Source: Tubulanus polymorphus (lineage: Eukaryota; Animalia; Nemertea). From it: 64,000 bases of DNA. The DNA is taken from contig NC_134030.1 in NCBI RefSeq assembly GCF_964204645.1, positions 18,870,210-18,934,209 of the forward strand. The letters are read 5' to 3'. The notes beneath the pieces were generated by a model that worked only from the letters and a program-made list of their open reading frames with translations, searched no databases and was not told where the DNA came from. Shown here piece by piece: positions 50,949-64,000 of this stretch. The translations under genes and the position numbers were made by a program. Each line of letters starts with the position of its first letter. Within the stretch, counting starts at the first letter, position 1.

Positions 50949-53900
50949 CTAAGTTTGTTGAACTAGCACTCCTTGAGTCGTCGATTTCGCCTTGTCTTCG
51001 CCGTGTTTCTTATCGACGTCGTCCTCTTCGCCCCGGACCCGGATGTTGTATTTCTCGCGGTAGTCGTTCAACTCTTTGCCTTTGGCTTCCAGTTGTTTCG
51101 TCAAATTCGTAACTAACATTCCGATCTGCGGGGGAAAAAGAATGATTACGATTTCATCAATCGATCGCCATTAAAACGAGGACATCAACTACTGTGGCAA
51201 TTGAGGATGCTGCTCACCCAGCTGTCGGAAGGGATTTTGCAGTGGTGAGGCTTATTTCTGTACAGAGGGTCAGGGGGCCTTCCCCCAGAAAAAATGTTGT
51301 AAAATTCAATTGCCGGAGATGCGTTTTGGGGTCTCATTCACAGAAGACGAGAAGTCGTGAGCCACCCACCTAGTACAGAGAACGCATTCAACACATTTTT
51401 GGGTAACCCTTTCAGTGCTGACTAATCAATACCCCATAGTGGTGGCGATAATTTGAAATATTTGAAAAATTCCACTCTAGTGTGCTGCATAACAGGAATA
51501 CCACAATAGTGTCTACACCGCGGCGCGGTGTATCGTTAGTTACTAATATTTCACTGTGTTTGACAGGTGCTGCCATCTTTCAATAGAGATAAAAACTAAT
51601 TAATATTGACATAAATACACCGCAGTGCGGTGTACTAGCAAAATCCATCACCCATTTATACACCCTACTGTGGTGTAGACGCACTGAAAGGGTTAAGCAA
51701 AAAAGTGGGGCGGCCCCGTTCCGACGGCTCTGCCCAGCCAGGGCGAACTTCCATTTTCTCCGCTAGTCTTCTAGTGGACGGACCTAATAACCGAAAGCAC
51801 TATGATAGTTCGGTCATAAGGTATTTCACAGCGTCAGCCATCTTGGAACCGGGCCTGAATAACTTGGATTCTATTCGAGTAGAAATAATAATAGTTCTTA
51901 CTTGTTCTTTATTGTTCACCAACGCAGGAGAAACGTCTTTAACAGTTCGTTCAACCAGTATTCCACCAACCAAACGATAACATTTCCTATCGCCATCTTT
52001 AATATCCTTCAGGGTATCAATTACTAGTCTGCAAAACAATAATACCCAAACATGACACTTGACCAAATGTAGTTAGTTACCAAATCGTTGGTGGTAAGGC
52101 AAAATAAAAAAAAATTAGTTGTTTATCGTCTTTTCATTGTTTATTTCAGATCACGGATAGCGACTGGAAGTGTGGCGCCACAAGCAAAACAAATACAATT
52201 CAATTCATAGAACTTTATTAACTTAAGATTTTAAAATCGATCTAAATACGCTCCACAACCGGAAATCCACGCTGTGTACGCTCCATAACTGAATATTGAC
52301 TTTTTGTTATTCAGCGAAGGCACTTCGTCGATCGATAAATCATTTTGTTTGCTGCTATACTGTCCTACAATCGACATGAAACGGTAGCTATGGCAAACAT
52401 TTTCGATTGGAACCAAAATAGAACAAAATAAAAAAAAAGAAAGAAATTGGGTCGAGTATATTTCGTAGGGTCGGGCGGGGACGATAAGCAACTAATTTTT
52501 TTTATTTGGCCTAAGCTTTTTATAATCGGATGAGCTTATACCAACGTTAGGGATGACAAGGGCCAAAACACGGTTGAAAAAAGTAACCCTCAAAAATATA
52601 CTTTCTATTCACTTCAGTCCACAATTAATGGATTAATTCACAAACTAACACAGGTACCTTTCGAAATAATCCAATTTTATGTATGTTTCGAGTGATTAAT
52701 CACCATTATTTTGAGAAATTAATCAATTTCCCCACAAATTTCACCAGTGGCCGCCATTTCTGCATATTACATGTGGCATGATAGACAAAGTGACCTACAA
52801 GGATTTACATATAAAACTTCCAAAACGAAACAACAATTTTTATTTTTGATGGTTTTTCCAACTTATATTTCAAATCTTCGTGATTTCCATAATAAATAAT
52901 GCAAAGGTAAATTCTGGTTTAAGAAAAATGTGAATAAGTGTTGATTTCTTAATTTTTTCAATTTCGTCGTTTCGTTAGTTTGTCTTGTGGTCCTGGCCTC
53001 AGTCCACACGCTTTCAAAATGGCCGCCGTTGAATCGACGAAAATTTACTCTCACTTTACGGCCGATTTGCACTTGGATTAAGATCGTCATGTGAGGTGTT
53101 ATAGGTATCAAACAAACAACGAATCTGTTGGGCGTTGATTACAACAAAATTAGACGGATATCTTAAAAGACCAGAAAATGCCAGGCAAATTACTCGTCAG
53201 TCAAATTGGCTGACGAAAATGGATCCAGAGGGGGGGTGGGCTTTCAGGGGTCGTGAACACCCCCTGCTCAGCTACCAAAAAATAATTTTTAATTGTTTTC
53301 TAGAAGGAATGTACTCAACATGAAGTGATTGTTCATATGACAAATGAACTGGCAATCAGCAGTGACAAGTTCTAGCGCTGTTCTTACGAGATGATTGGAT
53401 TGTAAGTCGACCTGAGCTTGCTTTAGGTGGAATTTTCGCAAGTTGATAGGCCTATAGGAGTTCGAGGGCAGCGATACCGAACCCTGGCAAGTGAGGATGA
53501 ACAGGGTTCTGCGCGTCCTACCCCGGCGGCGGGGATTCGAACCTGATGGCATCGAGATTGCCACGGCACGAAACCCTGCCACACTAGACCGAGTACGCAG
53601 CTACACGCGCAGCTTCGATGATGTCATTATCAGCCAATCAGAACTCCCGTTTTATTTTAGCCCAGATTTTCCCATTTATAGTTCTTCCTTCATTTTTACC
53701 TCAGTGATTATAGGCCTACAACGAGCAATCTGATTGGTGCTGCAAGTTTCCGTGCGGTGAAGCTGTGCATGTACCTGCGCACCCGGTCTACTGTGGCAGG
53801 GGTTCGTACCGTTGCTGGGTGTAGTGATGCCATCAGGTTCGAACCTCGAATCCCTGCCGAGGGAGGGAGAATATGGTTTGATGAGGTGAGGGGAGAAGAG

Positions 53901-56598
53901 AGATTGGGGATAGGGAGGATGGGTCTCAGCAGGTATTCACACTTCACAGGGGCTTGTATTAGAGTTGTAGGTAATGTAACTAGGGGCCCAGGGACACCAT
54001 GCCCACTTGGGGAGTGGTTTCAAATGCTCAACAATCTAACAATTTCAACATTCAACGCCCCCTGGTGACCATTTACAAAAACCAATGACCTTGAAACTCA
54101 CCACAATCATAGAACATGTCGACAGCTACGATTTTGTAATTGTGATAACAAAATATGCCTCGTTACCAATTTAATATGGAAATACTAAGTCATTCTACTA
54201 TTCAACGCCCCCTGGTGACCATATTCAAAACCAAATGACCTCGAAACTCACCACAATCATAGAACATGTCATGAACTACAACTTTGCAATTGATCATGGT
54301 AACAAAATATGCGTAGGTACCAATATAATAAGGAAATACTAAATTATTCTACTATTCAACGCCCCCTGGTGACCATACAGAAAAACTTATGTCCTTAAAA
54401 CTCGCAACAATCATAGATGATGTCATGAGCTACAACTTTCCAATTGATTGTGGTTACAAAATATGCATAGGTACGAATATAATAAAGAAATGCTAAGATA
54501 TTGTATTATTCAATGCCCCCTGGTGGCCATATACGAAATCCAATTACCTTGAAACTCACCACAATCATAGAACACCTTATGAGCTACAACTTTCTAATTG
54601 ATTGTGGTAGCAAAATACGCTTAGGTATCAATATAATGTGGAAAAACTTTTTCCCACTTACGAATGAGTACTGGTGACACCAAGATGGCCGCCAATTGCG
54701 TCATAATTGGCTGATGAAAAATACCTGTCTCAGGTATAAAACATCCCTTTCCAAAGAATACCCATCACAAATTGTAATGAGAAATGGCAAACCAGTAGGA
54801 AGCTACAGGACTCAGAATTTGGGCCAAAATTAACATTTTTGGGCACTAAAAAGGTCATAGGACGGCCATCTTGAGTCCGACCGACCCAATTTTTGTCATG
54901 TTGATGGGCCCTGGGGGGATTCACATATATCCGAAAGATCAAGGTAATTGATCAAAGCGTCTTCAAAATTTCCCTCAAAAAGTTCAAAAATGTGTAAAAA
55001 GTGCGGATTTTGACGAACAACAATGGCTGCCAGTCGGCCATCTTGATTCTGACAGGGCCAGTTTTTGGGCTGAAGATGTGTCTAGGGTAGATACATGTAA
55101 AAACCAAATATCAAGACATTACCTTGAAGCGTCTTCAAAACTTCCCAAAATAACTGGATTCCGTCTACGGATGGACGGACGAACGGACGACGGACGAAAA
55201 GTGAACGCAATAGCCCGCTGGGACTAAAGTCCCAAGTGGGCTAAAAACGATAATCTGTTAATCCAATGTCTATAGTATATATAAGATAACAAGGGGGCTT
55301 ATGACACTCACAAACTACTCAACTTCAGTCACTTACTATTTCGTTATTTCTCATCCGATTTTGATAATCCAGGCTTGATATGAAAGCTAATAGCTTCCTG
55401 CTTCTAATGAAACTAATCCAGTTAACTTCCGATGAATAGTTCGTGAATTATTTGTCTTTGAACGCGAAATTAGGGCCGAATTCGCGTGGACCGAAAATGC
55501 TATGACGCCGGTTTTTGCCGATTTCGAAATTTAAAACGTTGAGTTCAATACGAAATCCTTCACCGATTTTGATGATCGAGGGCTTCAAATGCGCAAAACA
55601 TTCTATATTTTCTAGATATTGCGGTTGTTTCGTCAATCCATACGATCTTCCAGCTTTGCAAACACGAATTTTCCGATTTTACGTCAATTCACAAACTCCA
55701 TGCGCGATCTCAAACAATGCTTAGCGCAATGCCGAACCAAAATGAATTTTATTTCCAATTTATTTTCAGTGTAGGCCTATATTTACGTGAAATTCAGAAT
55801 CTATTATTACCTGATCGTGTTTATTCTAGCTTAAATAAGATAAAACATTATTTGTTTGAATTGTTACGAAATAAAATTCACTGCGGACCTGTTGCTAGTT
55901 CAAGTTCAAGGTCGCCATCTTGGGATCGCGTGTCGAGTTCGTGAATTGACGATTGTAAAATCGAAAAATTCGCGTAGTTGCATAGTTACAAGATCGTACG
56001 GATTAACTAAACAACCGCGATATTCAGAAAATATAGAATTTATGTTGTGCGCATTTGAAGCCCTCGATCATCAAAATTGGTGAAGGATTTCGCGTCGAAC
56101 ACAACGTTTGAAATTTCGAAATCGACAAAAACCGGCGTCATAGCATTTTCGGTACAGGCGATTTCGGTCCGAATTTCGCGTTCAAAGACATATAATTCAC
56201 GAACTATTCATCGGAAGTTAACGGGATTAGTTTCATTAGAAGCAGGAAGGTATTAGCTTTCATATCATGCCTGGATTATCAAAATCGGATGAGAAATAAC
56301 GAAATAGGCCTAGTAAGCGACTGAAGTTGAGTAGTTTGTGAGCGTCCTTTCCCCCCTTGTTATTTTATGTATACACTATATACATTGGATTAACAGATTA
56401 TCGTTTTTACATTACCTACAACTCAGATACGAGCCCCTGCCCTGTGTCACACTTCACTTACTCATGTTCTTTACAGTCCATTTCTAACTCGGATATTTTT
56501 GACGCCAGGGCGCGCTGCTGTTGTCTCAGCTCGTTGAAGCCGCTGATTATCGCCTCTTGATTCACTTGTTTCTGTTTCTGAGCGGCTGCCGTCGACAT
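50949..56598 (-). CDS. PFDN2: Prefoldin subunit 2, 146 aa; exons 56598-56462, 52028-51902, 51125-50949
   Basis: Spliced protein MSTAAAQ...FNELRQQQRALASKISELEMDCKEHE/LVIDTLK...RKCYRLVGGILVERTVKDVSPALVNNKEQ/IGMLVTNLTKQLEAKGKELNDYREKYNIR...QGVLVQQT*. GT-AG sites keep the frame (441 nt). Confidence 0.95.
51219..51732. mobile_element. Second copy of the 39125-39403 hAT-like MITE, interrupted by a piggyBac-like MITE
   Basis: Colinear similarity to 39125-39403; 3' terminus TTCCGACGGCTCTG. Confidence 0.7.
51407..51692. mobile_element. piggyBac-like MITE
   Basis: Perfect 12-bp TIRs CCCTTTCAGTGC/GCACTGAAAGGG flanked by GTAA/TTAA. An empty TTAA site is present in the paralogous element at 39345-39348. 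Confidence 0.8.
52098..52511. mobile_element. PIF/Harbinger (Tourist-like) MITE
   Basis: ~32-bp TIRs GGC(A/C)AAATAAAAAAAATTAGTTG(T/C)TTATCGTC with TAA on both sides. Confidence 0.75.
53514..53868. mobile_element. Second copy of the 45557-45895 MITE family
   Basis: Same TIR (GATTCGAACCTGATGGCATCG) and the same internal sequence reversed; no TSD recognisable. Confidence 0.8.
53978..55247 (-). mobile_element. Non-autonomous Helentron (HINE/DINE-1-like) nested in the foldback element
   Basis: Minus strand starts TTTTTAGCCCACTTGGG with a palindrome, then a (CGTC)n microsatellite and four ~153-bp central repeats. A matching subterminal inverted repeat at 54001-54011 precedes a ...CTAGTT end. Inserted into a T-run without a TSD. 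Confidence 0.8.
54045..54645. repeat. ~151-155-bp tandem repeat x4 inside the Helentron
   Basis: TTCAACGCCCCCTGGTGACCAT recurs at ~54051, 54202, 54355 and 54509. Confidence 0.9.
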
Positions 56599-58541
56599 TT
56601 TTACACCGAGTTCAGTCGAAATTATCGAGAGAAAACTTGAGTAAAGTGCAAATAAATATCCGAGGAATTCCTGGCTCCACAATAGAATCTTTTTTCAATG
56701 TTGTCTTTACCGTATTTCAATTCAATCCAATTTTTCTTATTAAAGATACATTGCAATACTTCATCTATTTTTTTGAGACTTCAAGTGCATTTAACGGATT
56801 TCTAAAATTTTCTTTGTGCGAATAAAGAAGATTTTGTCAAATTTTACATAAATTGGGTTTGTCAATGTTTCTCGTCGACAAAGGGGTAGCTCCGAGAATA
56901 TCTTAATCAGGGCATCCTTATAGATTGGTCGCTTGTCCAATGCGCCACCTGCATTCAGGTAGAGACCGACAACCAGTCTAATCGCAGGAGAGCAGCAGGC
57001 TCTCATCGACACCGGCGATCTGCAGCGAGGCTGCTCCGCCGCGAATTATCAGGGAATTTGAATTAAATCGCTAAAACGCATTATGCGTCCCGGTGCATCC
57101 GCGCTTCCCAGGGACTGATTGCTTTCCGCCGAAGCTAACGCCATCGGATCTTTGAATGAACATTCGAGTCCCATCTGAGCTCATTGCCAAATTTCAAAAT
57201 CTAAAATATGAAGCTTTAATTACTTTCTATATACTAGCCATGTCATTGATTATAATTTTAAATCACTTCTTACGATTATTATAAAAAAATAGTCGTAATA
57301 AACTGATTACCGCACCATAATTTTTTAAGAAAGCAGTTCCATGGAACATTGATTTCTGATGCAAATTTCAGACTCATCAACAATACGTTTTCTCTTTAAG
57401 TTTTGACCATTCAGTTTACAAATGCGCACGCTAGGTTGACCTCTGATAGCCGGGTTTGATGGGGGGTTCCCATATTTACACACGCATACAAGCACCGGCG
57501 CAGCTCTTTCGACGATGCCGTTTCACAAGATTCAAGTGACCCTAACACGGTAAAAGTGTCATTTTTCCTGAGATAGAGAAACAGCTGGTCACGGACCTAG
57601 ATTCAAAATATTTGACATTAAAACCGGTTTCGAATCACTTTTCTAAACGAGGTAGCGCCACTCGATAGAACTGAAACAAATAATGATTTGTTTTCTGCAA
57701 TTGCACGGTATCAGCGGGCCGAGATAAGAGAGTGACTAATGACTAATACATTGATATTCACCGCTGACTGGTATTATTGTCATTACTACAGGAGCTCTCG
57801 ACAACAGGCGCACTGGCTTTAAGTGAAAAACAAACAGGTAGGCCTATATAATTTCGCTTGCACCTAGAAAAATTGTTTCTACGCTCTACTGAGCGTACAT
57901 GTTGACCCGGCTGGCCGCCTATCGGCCCTGTACATTACCTTTTTAGAAATCGTGATCAATTTTACCATTACAGACTCGGCAGTTATAGAAATGAAACTGA
58001 TTACAAATTTTATTATATTTTACAAAAATGACTCGGCCGCTGCGGAGAAACAAGGTATCATTTTTGTTTAGCCTTACGTCAGCCAAATATGGGTTCCTAA
58101 CCCATTATAAATTCACAGCTAATGAAACTGCGATATTTCACTTTCTCGAACTTTTGTTCATCATCGCTACTGGTATTTTTTTCCGATCCGAAACCATCGA
58201 AGTCATCATCTTATAGTTTTGTAATCAGTTTTTAGCAACTTTAGTTTCGAACAACACTGACCCCCTACCCCTTAAAAAAGCGGTTCATGGGTTTCGCCGA
58301 AGGATTCGTTTTGAACGTGGACTGTGCAACTGGCCCGAGATGCTAATACATAATTTGTGTGGGCTTCAGCGAGAGAGAAGCAAGCCATGGCGAGTCAAGG
58401 GATCGGATGATTCAAACTCTTGATTCTTTGAAGAAATCAATCGATTTGATATGTATATACACGATTGCTTTTTAAGTTGAATCAAAATTCTAAATTCTAG
58501 ATAAGAGATATTGAACGCACTTGAGCCGATCGGATAGAACC

Positions 58542-61500
58542 ATGGATATGTTCGGATTGTTCACCGCGTCAGTCTGGCTGCCCGTTATTCCTGTTGTATT
58601 AGGATTGTTGCTCTACTATTACGGGTAAGTTTCGAATGCTACCCTTTTATTTTCTCTATTTGCTTCACCAAGGCGAATTTTTACATTATTAGAAATAAAG
58701 TCGGAAATGTCGCTAAATACTTGTTCCTATATGGCGGTGAATAACCTAACCCATAGCCAAAATGTGCGATTGACCCGGGTTGTGCGCGTAATTTCACGGT
58801 CACTTCTTGATTAATTCTAAATCATTGTTGTGAAAGTTGATTCCGTTCCGGTGGGGGTTCAATTAGCTAGTTCTTGGGTAAAATACATTTTCCGCTCTCC
58901 GCTAGGAGGGCTGGCTGTTTATCGGGGTTGTAATTATATTTTATTTCTTGAACATGACGCTTGTGAAACTCCACGCTACTGTGTCGTATATATTTTTGAT
59001 CTGTCGTTGAAATTATGCACAAAGGATTTAGCTCCATTTTGTATTTTTCGGTTAAATATTCTCCATTAAAATTCGACATCAGTAATTAGCCGAAAATTCA
59101 CAACGAGCTAAATTAGCATAAATCAGCATAAATCAGTACGCTAACCGTCAAATGTTGCACAAAAGGGTTCACCTTAGAACACCGTAAATTAGGCTAAAAA
59201 TCTATATGGGCACAAAGGTGGTGGATCGAGGAAAATTGGAGGTTATGGGTCCACAAGAATGGGGAAATGTACATCACGGAAAAGACCACGCCTAGGCCAC
59301 CAGCAGGATCCGACTCAGCGTCGGGATTTAATTGTAAAATTATCCTCGAAAAAATGCAATATAATTGCGTTGTATTCAGGGTTTAACCATCGCTGTCTTG
59401 ACAAAAACGGCCACCTTAATTCTTAATGCTTCAAATCTAGCTAAGAAAGGAGATCCCGAACGCACACGGAAAATTCTCTTCAAATTCACAAAAATGACTT
59501 CACACAAATATTTCTATTTGTCGCCTGATGAATGTTCGGCGTTTTCCCCACATATGATGACATTTCGATATATCGACAAAAGTCATCCGTACATATCGTA
59601 AAAAGGAATTTTACGCTAATCGACTTGGTTCTGGTGTACATTTTTTTAGCTGGGTCAAACTTCCGATTAATGAGTTCAAGCAATATGGAATCGAAACCGA
59701 CACTGGTAAGTTACCGTTCATCGGTAACGGTTGGAAGTTATTCACTGAGGTAAGGATTAGTCTTTCTAAACAGGATTATTGAGAAGCGAGTGTCACAAGT
59801 GATACAAGTTTAACGGAAAGCTCGGACCATAATTTGTAATGCGAGTATTTGTCCAAACGCTTTGCATATTGTCTATAAGTTAATACCAGTCTATTAAACC
59901 GGCTCCTGTGGTATAGTTGATGGAAGATGCTGTTTTCATTTCGTTTTTGTTTCGTATAAGGGGGTTATGAACTTTGACAGAAGGTTGTACAATAAATTCA
60001 AGGAAAATAGAATCTACGGGTAAGGCATTGACAAATCTATCGATCCTAAACAAAAACTATTTCAGTCAACTTCATTCTTAAGATCTATGTTACCTATCTA
60101 ACGGTTATTTATTCTCGTTTAGTTCGGTGTTAAATGGCAAACCGAATATAATGGTTTTAGATCTCGAACTGATTAAATCAGTCATTATTAAGCAGGCCGG
60201 AACTGTGTTTACTAATAGAGCGGTAAGTACTCTATCTCACGATGACATCAGGTTCAAATCCTTGAATGGGAGAAATGTGGCAGAGTCTCGCAATGTAATC
60301 AGGCAGCTACATGGACACGTTGCAGAGTCAATCGATACCATCAGGTTCAAATCGATTAGAAGGAGGCACGTGTAAGACTCGTATACGATATCACCTGTTT
60401 CGATTTCCTATCCACTGTTACATTCCCGTTCAAACATTGATTTGACTCGATACAAACGACATTTTCTAGACTCCGTTTGGCAGTACAAATCAGGTCACCG
60501 CTAAAATGATGACATTGTTAAAAGATGACCATTGGAAGCACGTTCGTTCGATGTTGACCCCGGCTTTCAGCAGCGGAAAGATGAGAAAGGTAAGTTGGAC
60601 TTGGATAGAGTTTTTCATGTGTTAGAAGGTTGAACACAAGATTGTGTGGAAAGAGTCATTCAAATGTGAAGGGTGTCTCTCATATGACTGCTAAATCATC
60701 CCTTGGGCACTGTATAGTGTCTCCTACGAGTTAACGCGGAAATGGCAATGCAATTGTCGTAATCAGGTGGCTTTAGCCAGTGGGTTGCGCTTGCGTGATG
60801 TAAATCGTTGCATGTTTCACATGGGAGTGATCAATTACTAATAATTATTTGTGATCGATTATTAATAGCATTATTTATAAGTATCACTGCACATTCCCCT
60901 GCACTCTGCACAAGGTTCCAGCGCCTTAATTTCATGTACAGCCTGTTGGCTTGCACTGGATACCTCGTAACCGGTTTACGAAAATAAATTATTATTATTA
61001 CAAAAATCATCCAATATGTATCCAAGTGGTGACGAATGAATGTTGTTGTTTATTGTCGTTTCAGATGGAAAGACTAATCCAGGATTGCGCTCGGAACCTG
61101 GTCGGAAATTTCAGCCGTCACGAACAGGAAAATAAACCAGTGCAAATGAAAAAGTAAGAACAAGATTCTGCTGGGGGTGGGGGAGGGGGGTATCGCGCTG
61201 TCACGCATGACGTCATGTGTAGGAGACTCGCTGTACATGCCAGACATAATCAGGGATTTTAGGGTCGCTTTAGATTTCGACCACGTATACTGCGTAGTCA
61301 TGTCAAATGGCACATAGCTATGAGGCCTCTATTATAGGCCTACAGTTGAACTATGTTGCGGGATTACTTTTGCAAATATCTTTCAGAGAATTAACCTTTC
61401 TGGTCCATTTAGAACGGATGTATGATAGCGATATAAATGCTTTTGAAATAGAATTCGAGTAATCTTTTTTTTTCAACTCGAATGTCGCCCCTATGAATTA

Positions 61501-63431
61501 CAATTCGACGTATTTTTCGTTCTATAGCGCATTCGGTTGTTTTTCGATGGATGTGACTGTCAGTACGATATTCGGTTTACAAGTGAATTCGTTGCTCAAT
61601 CCTGACCAGCAGATCGTCACCAACACCAAAACGTTGATGTCTAGATTCAGTGGTTTCAGCCTCAGGATCCTTCTTCTGTGTAAGTTCGAACAAAAATAGA
61701 TATACACTTTACGGAAAATCATCAATTGGTTTAGTTTAGGTGTTTGCGACCTATTTTACATGATGGCAGAAAGTACCTTTAATTTAATTGATATGAAATC
61801 AGGAAAAAATGGCGGCTTATTCAACCGCAAGAAATTATGTACATGTGCTTCGTTTGACACAGGAATACTGTGTAGTCATCCTCGCTTGCCTGGGTTTGAT
61901 TGCCTCCCGCTGAAGCTCACGCAAAACTAATGTCAATCGAGCCCTGATAAGCGAGGATGCGTGTAGTAAGCTTCGTAGCTTTGTCTCGTAGCACTTGGTA
62001 GGGATCACTTTCGAATATGGATAATTCTGATTAGAAGATATTATTTGACACGTCCTTTTTCATTTTTGAATGATAAATAACCTATTTTCATATTAATCTT
62101 TTGAATTAATCTTTTTTTTATTAATTTAAAATGCTTGTAACGATTATGTTTTTTCTTTCTGTCACCCTTCCGCTATGTTTTTTTTTTCATTCGCGTTCCG
62201 TGCAATTGAAAAAACAACAACTAGTTAATGTTGCCCTTTGTTGCCTTCACACAAAACACTTGAAATAGATTATTGGATTTGGTATCTGTTTTGTTAAAGA
62301 CCTCACTTAAAGAGTTCACATATATTCTCATTTTTATTGCTGGTGCTCTAGTCCTGCCTTATTATTGTTCGTACTATTTTAATGATAACATCCTTTCTTT
62401 TACAGTTTTGTCACCGTCGCTATTCAGATTTTTGGCTCGTTTTCGAATCGTCGAGATTTTTCCACGACGAATCATAGACTACTATGAAAAGTTGCTGGAC
62501 CACGCGATCGAAGAACGAAAAGATGACCAAGACCAGGTATTTGCATACGTAATCGACCTGTGGCAAGTGAGGATCCACCAGGCGTCACTAGTGGGAAATA
62601 GGACATGAACTACTGCAACGATAGAGTATTGCACTTGTTGCAACTAAGGATTCAACAAGCCTCCTAAAATACTAGCTGGCATTCTTCGGGTTTCGGGTTT
62701 TTGATTCAACTAACATCTTCTGTAAGTCCTCAATTTAGTGGCAAAAAAAAATGATTCGTGTGTTTGTCTTTTTAGCCCCATGCTGATTTACTCCAGTTGA
62801 TGGTTCAATCACATGTTAGCGATGACCAAGTCGACAGAGAAACTAACAACACGAAATGGTCGAGCATAGGTAAACAAAAAATAACTGCTTCTCAACCCAA
62901 GATGACTGACGACCATTGATTTTCACTGTGAATACCCTAAAGAAAATTACGACACAGCCGAATATCCTAGCTTTTTACGCAATTGGAAAAAAATTAACAA
63001 ATTAACAAATTAAAGTTCCATTTCCTACGGTCAAAGCGAGTTTCCATCCCATAGTTTGCGACATACACAGGGTGCTGAATAATGTATTTGCGAATCAACG
63101 TTTAATATACCTACTGTAATTGTAAAATTCTCATACTTGTAATAATTGCAGTCAAGAAAACGATATCTCAATCTTTTAATCTCTCAATCTAAGTCAAGAT
63201 GATCGACAGATATTGAAATTGTCCGAACTCGATTTCATGCCTGCGACGTATAGATTTTCTGATTTTGAAGGTTTGTTACGCGATGAAATCTTGGCGCAGT
63301 CGTTTATATTCATCGTGGCCGGTTATGAGAACATATCGAATTACATGACGTACGTGGCGTATTGTTTGGCGCTGAATCCCGACGTTCAGGATCGACTCAT
63401 CGACGACATCCATCGAATTATCGGCAAACAG
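58542..63431 (+). CDS. Cytochrome P450, clan 3 (CYP3A/CYP5-like), 5' partial; exons 58542-58624, 59650-59749, 59961-60019, 60123-60222, 60470-60589, 61065-61153, 61528-61679, 62406-62536, 62776-62869, 63271-63431; continues beyond the window
   Basis: N-terminal anchor, LPFIGN, FTNR, WKHVRSMLTPAFSSGKMRK, FSMDV, DLLQLM and I-helix AQSFIFIVAGYEN. All introns are GT-AG with consistent phases and a CYP3A-like exon layout. Confidence 0.9.
61877..61959. mobile_element. 83-bp mini-MITE with CATCCTC termini
   Basis: ~26-bp imperfect TIRs; flanks TGTGTAGT / CGTGTAGT (7/8 match). Confidence 0.55.
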
Positions 63432-64000
63432 GTACTAGTTTCATGTTTACATCCGGGCCTCGGCATGAAACCCACATTACTGCGAAACAGGGACAAACTG
63501 ACTAAACTCACACCAAGACCATGCTACCATATTTCAGGCCACTCAAATAAATACCCTAGTTTCTCATCGGATTTAAAAAGGGTTGAAATAAATAGCTCAA
63601 CCGGAGTCTTATAGAAGAGACGCGGGAGGAGAGTTTTTTTTACCAATACCTTTTTAAAAAGACGATTGACGCATCGCGGATGCTGGCGAGTGCATTTAAC
63701 TTTCTTGAGAAACTAGTGTATTTCTTTTGCCCCATCATAGCTTTAACAGCCACGTAGCAACAGTATGAAATCTCCAGTATATTCACTTGCTAGAGCTTTA
63801 TACCGTCATATTCACTTGTCGGGCGGGGATTGAAACGAATATATTGCTGTATTAACTTACCAGAGCTGCCTTCATTTGGATATCAGCTAATCATACACAT
63901 GCCGATGAGCGATAGCCACCGACTCCAGGAAGACAGGTCGTAGCTTCGAACCCCGTACATTCCCGTAGTGTCACCGGGTAAGACATTTCCTCATTGCTTC

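Larger units (their letters stand above)
53945..56446. mobile_element. Foldback-type non-autonomous DNA transposon (~500-bp inverted arms, CACAGGG termini, 8-bp TSD; P- or hAT-like)
   Basis: TCACACTT at 53937-53944 and 56447-56454. Arms are 53945-53979+55243-55713 versus ~55919-56446. Confidence 0.85.

Overview
AT-rich eukaryotic (invertebrate, probably lophotrochozoan; this is an inference) genomic DNA with spliceosomal introns. Bases 1-44.3 kb hold a tandem array (~10 kb unit) of very large GRL101/LGR-type GPCR genes with a signal peptide-CUB-like domains-C-type lectin x2-LDLa-LRR-7TM architecture in only three coding exons. Four near-identical young copies (one cut by the window start) all carry lesions, a 2.9-kb inverted fragment is inserted in one spacer, and one divergent intact copy (~1913 aa) ends the array. 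The copies show mosaic shared mutations, a hypervariable ectodomain patch and one copy that could encode a secreted ectodomain. About 4 kb downstream is a secreted aerolysin/ETX-MTX2-like pore-forming protein with a tandem 8-Cys N-terminal repeat that I do not recognise. Next come prefoldin subunit 2 (minus strand, introns full of nested DNA transposons with readable TSDs) and the 5' part of a clan-3 cytochrome P450 whose I-helix Thr is replaced by Asn. No rRNA, tRNA or CRISPR array was found.
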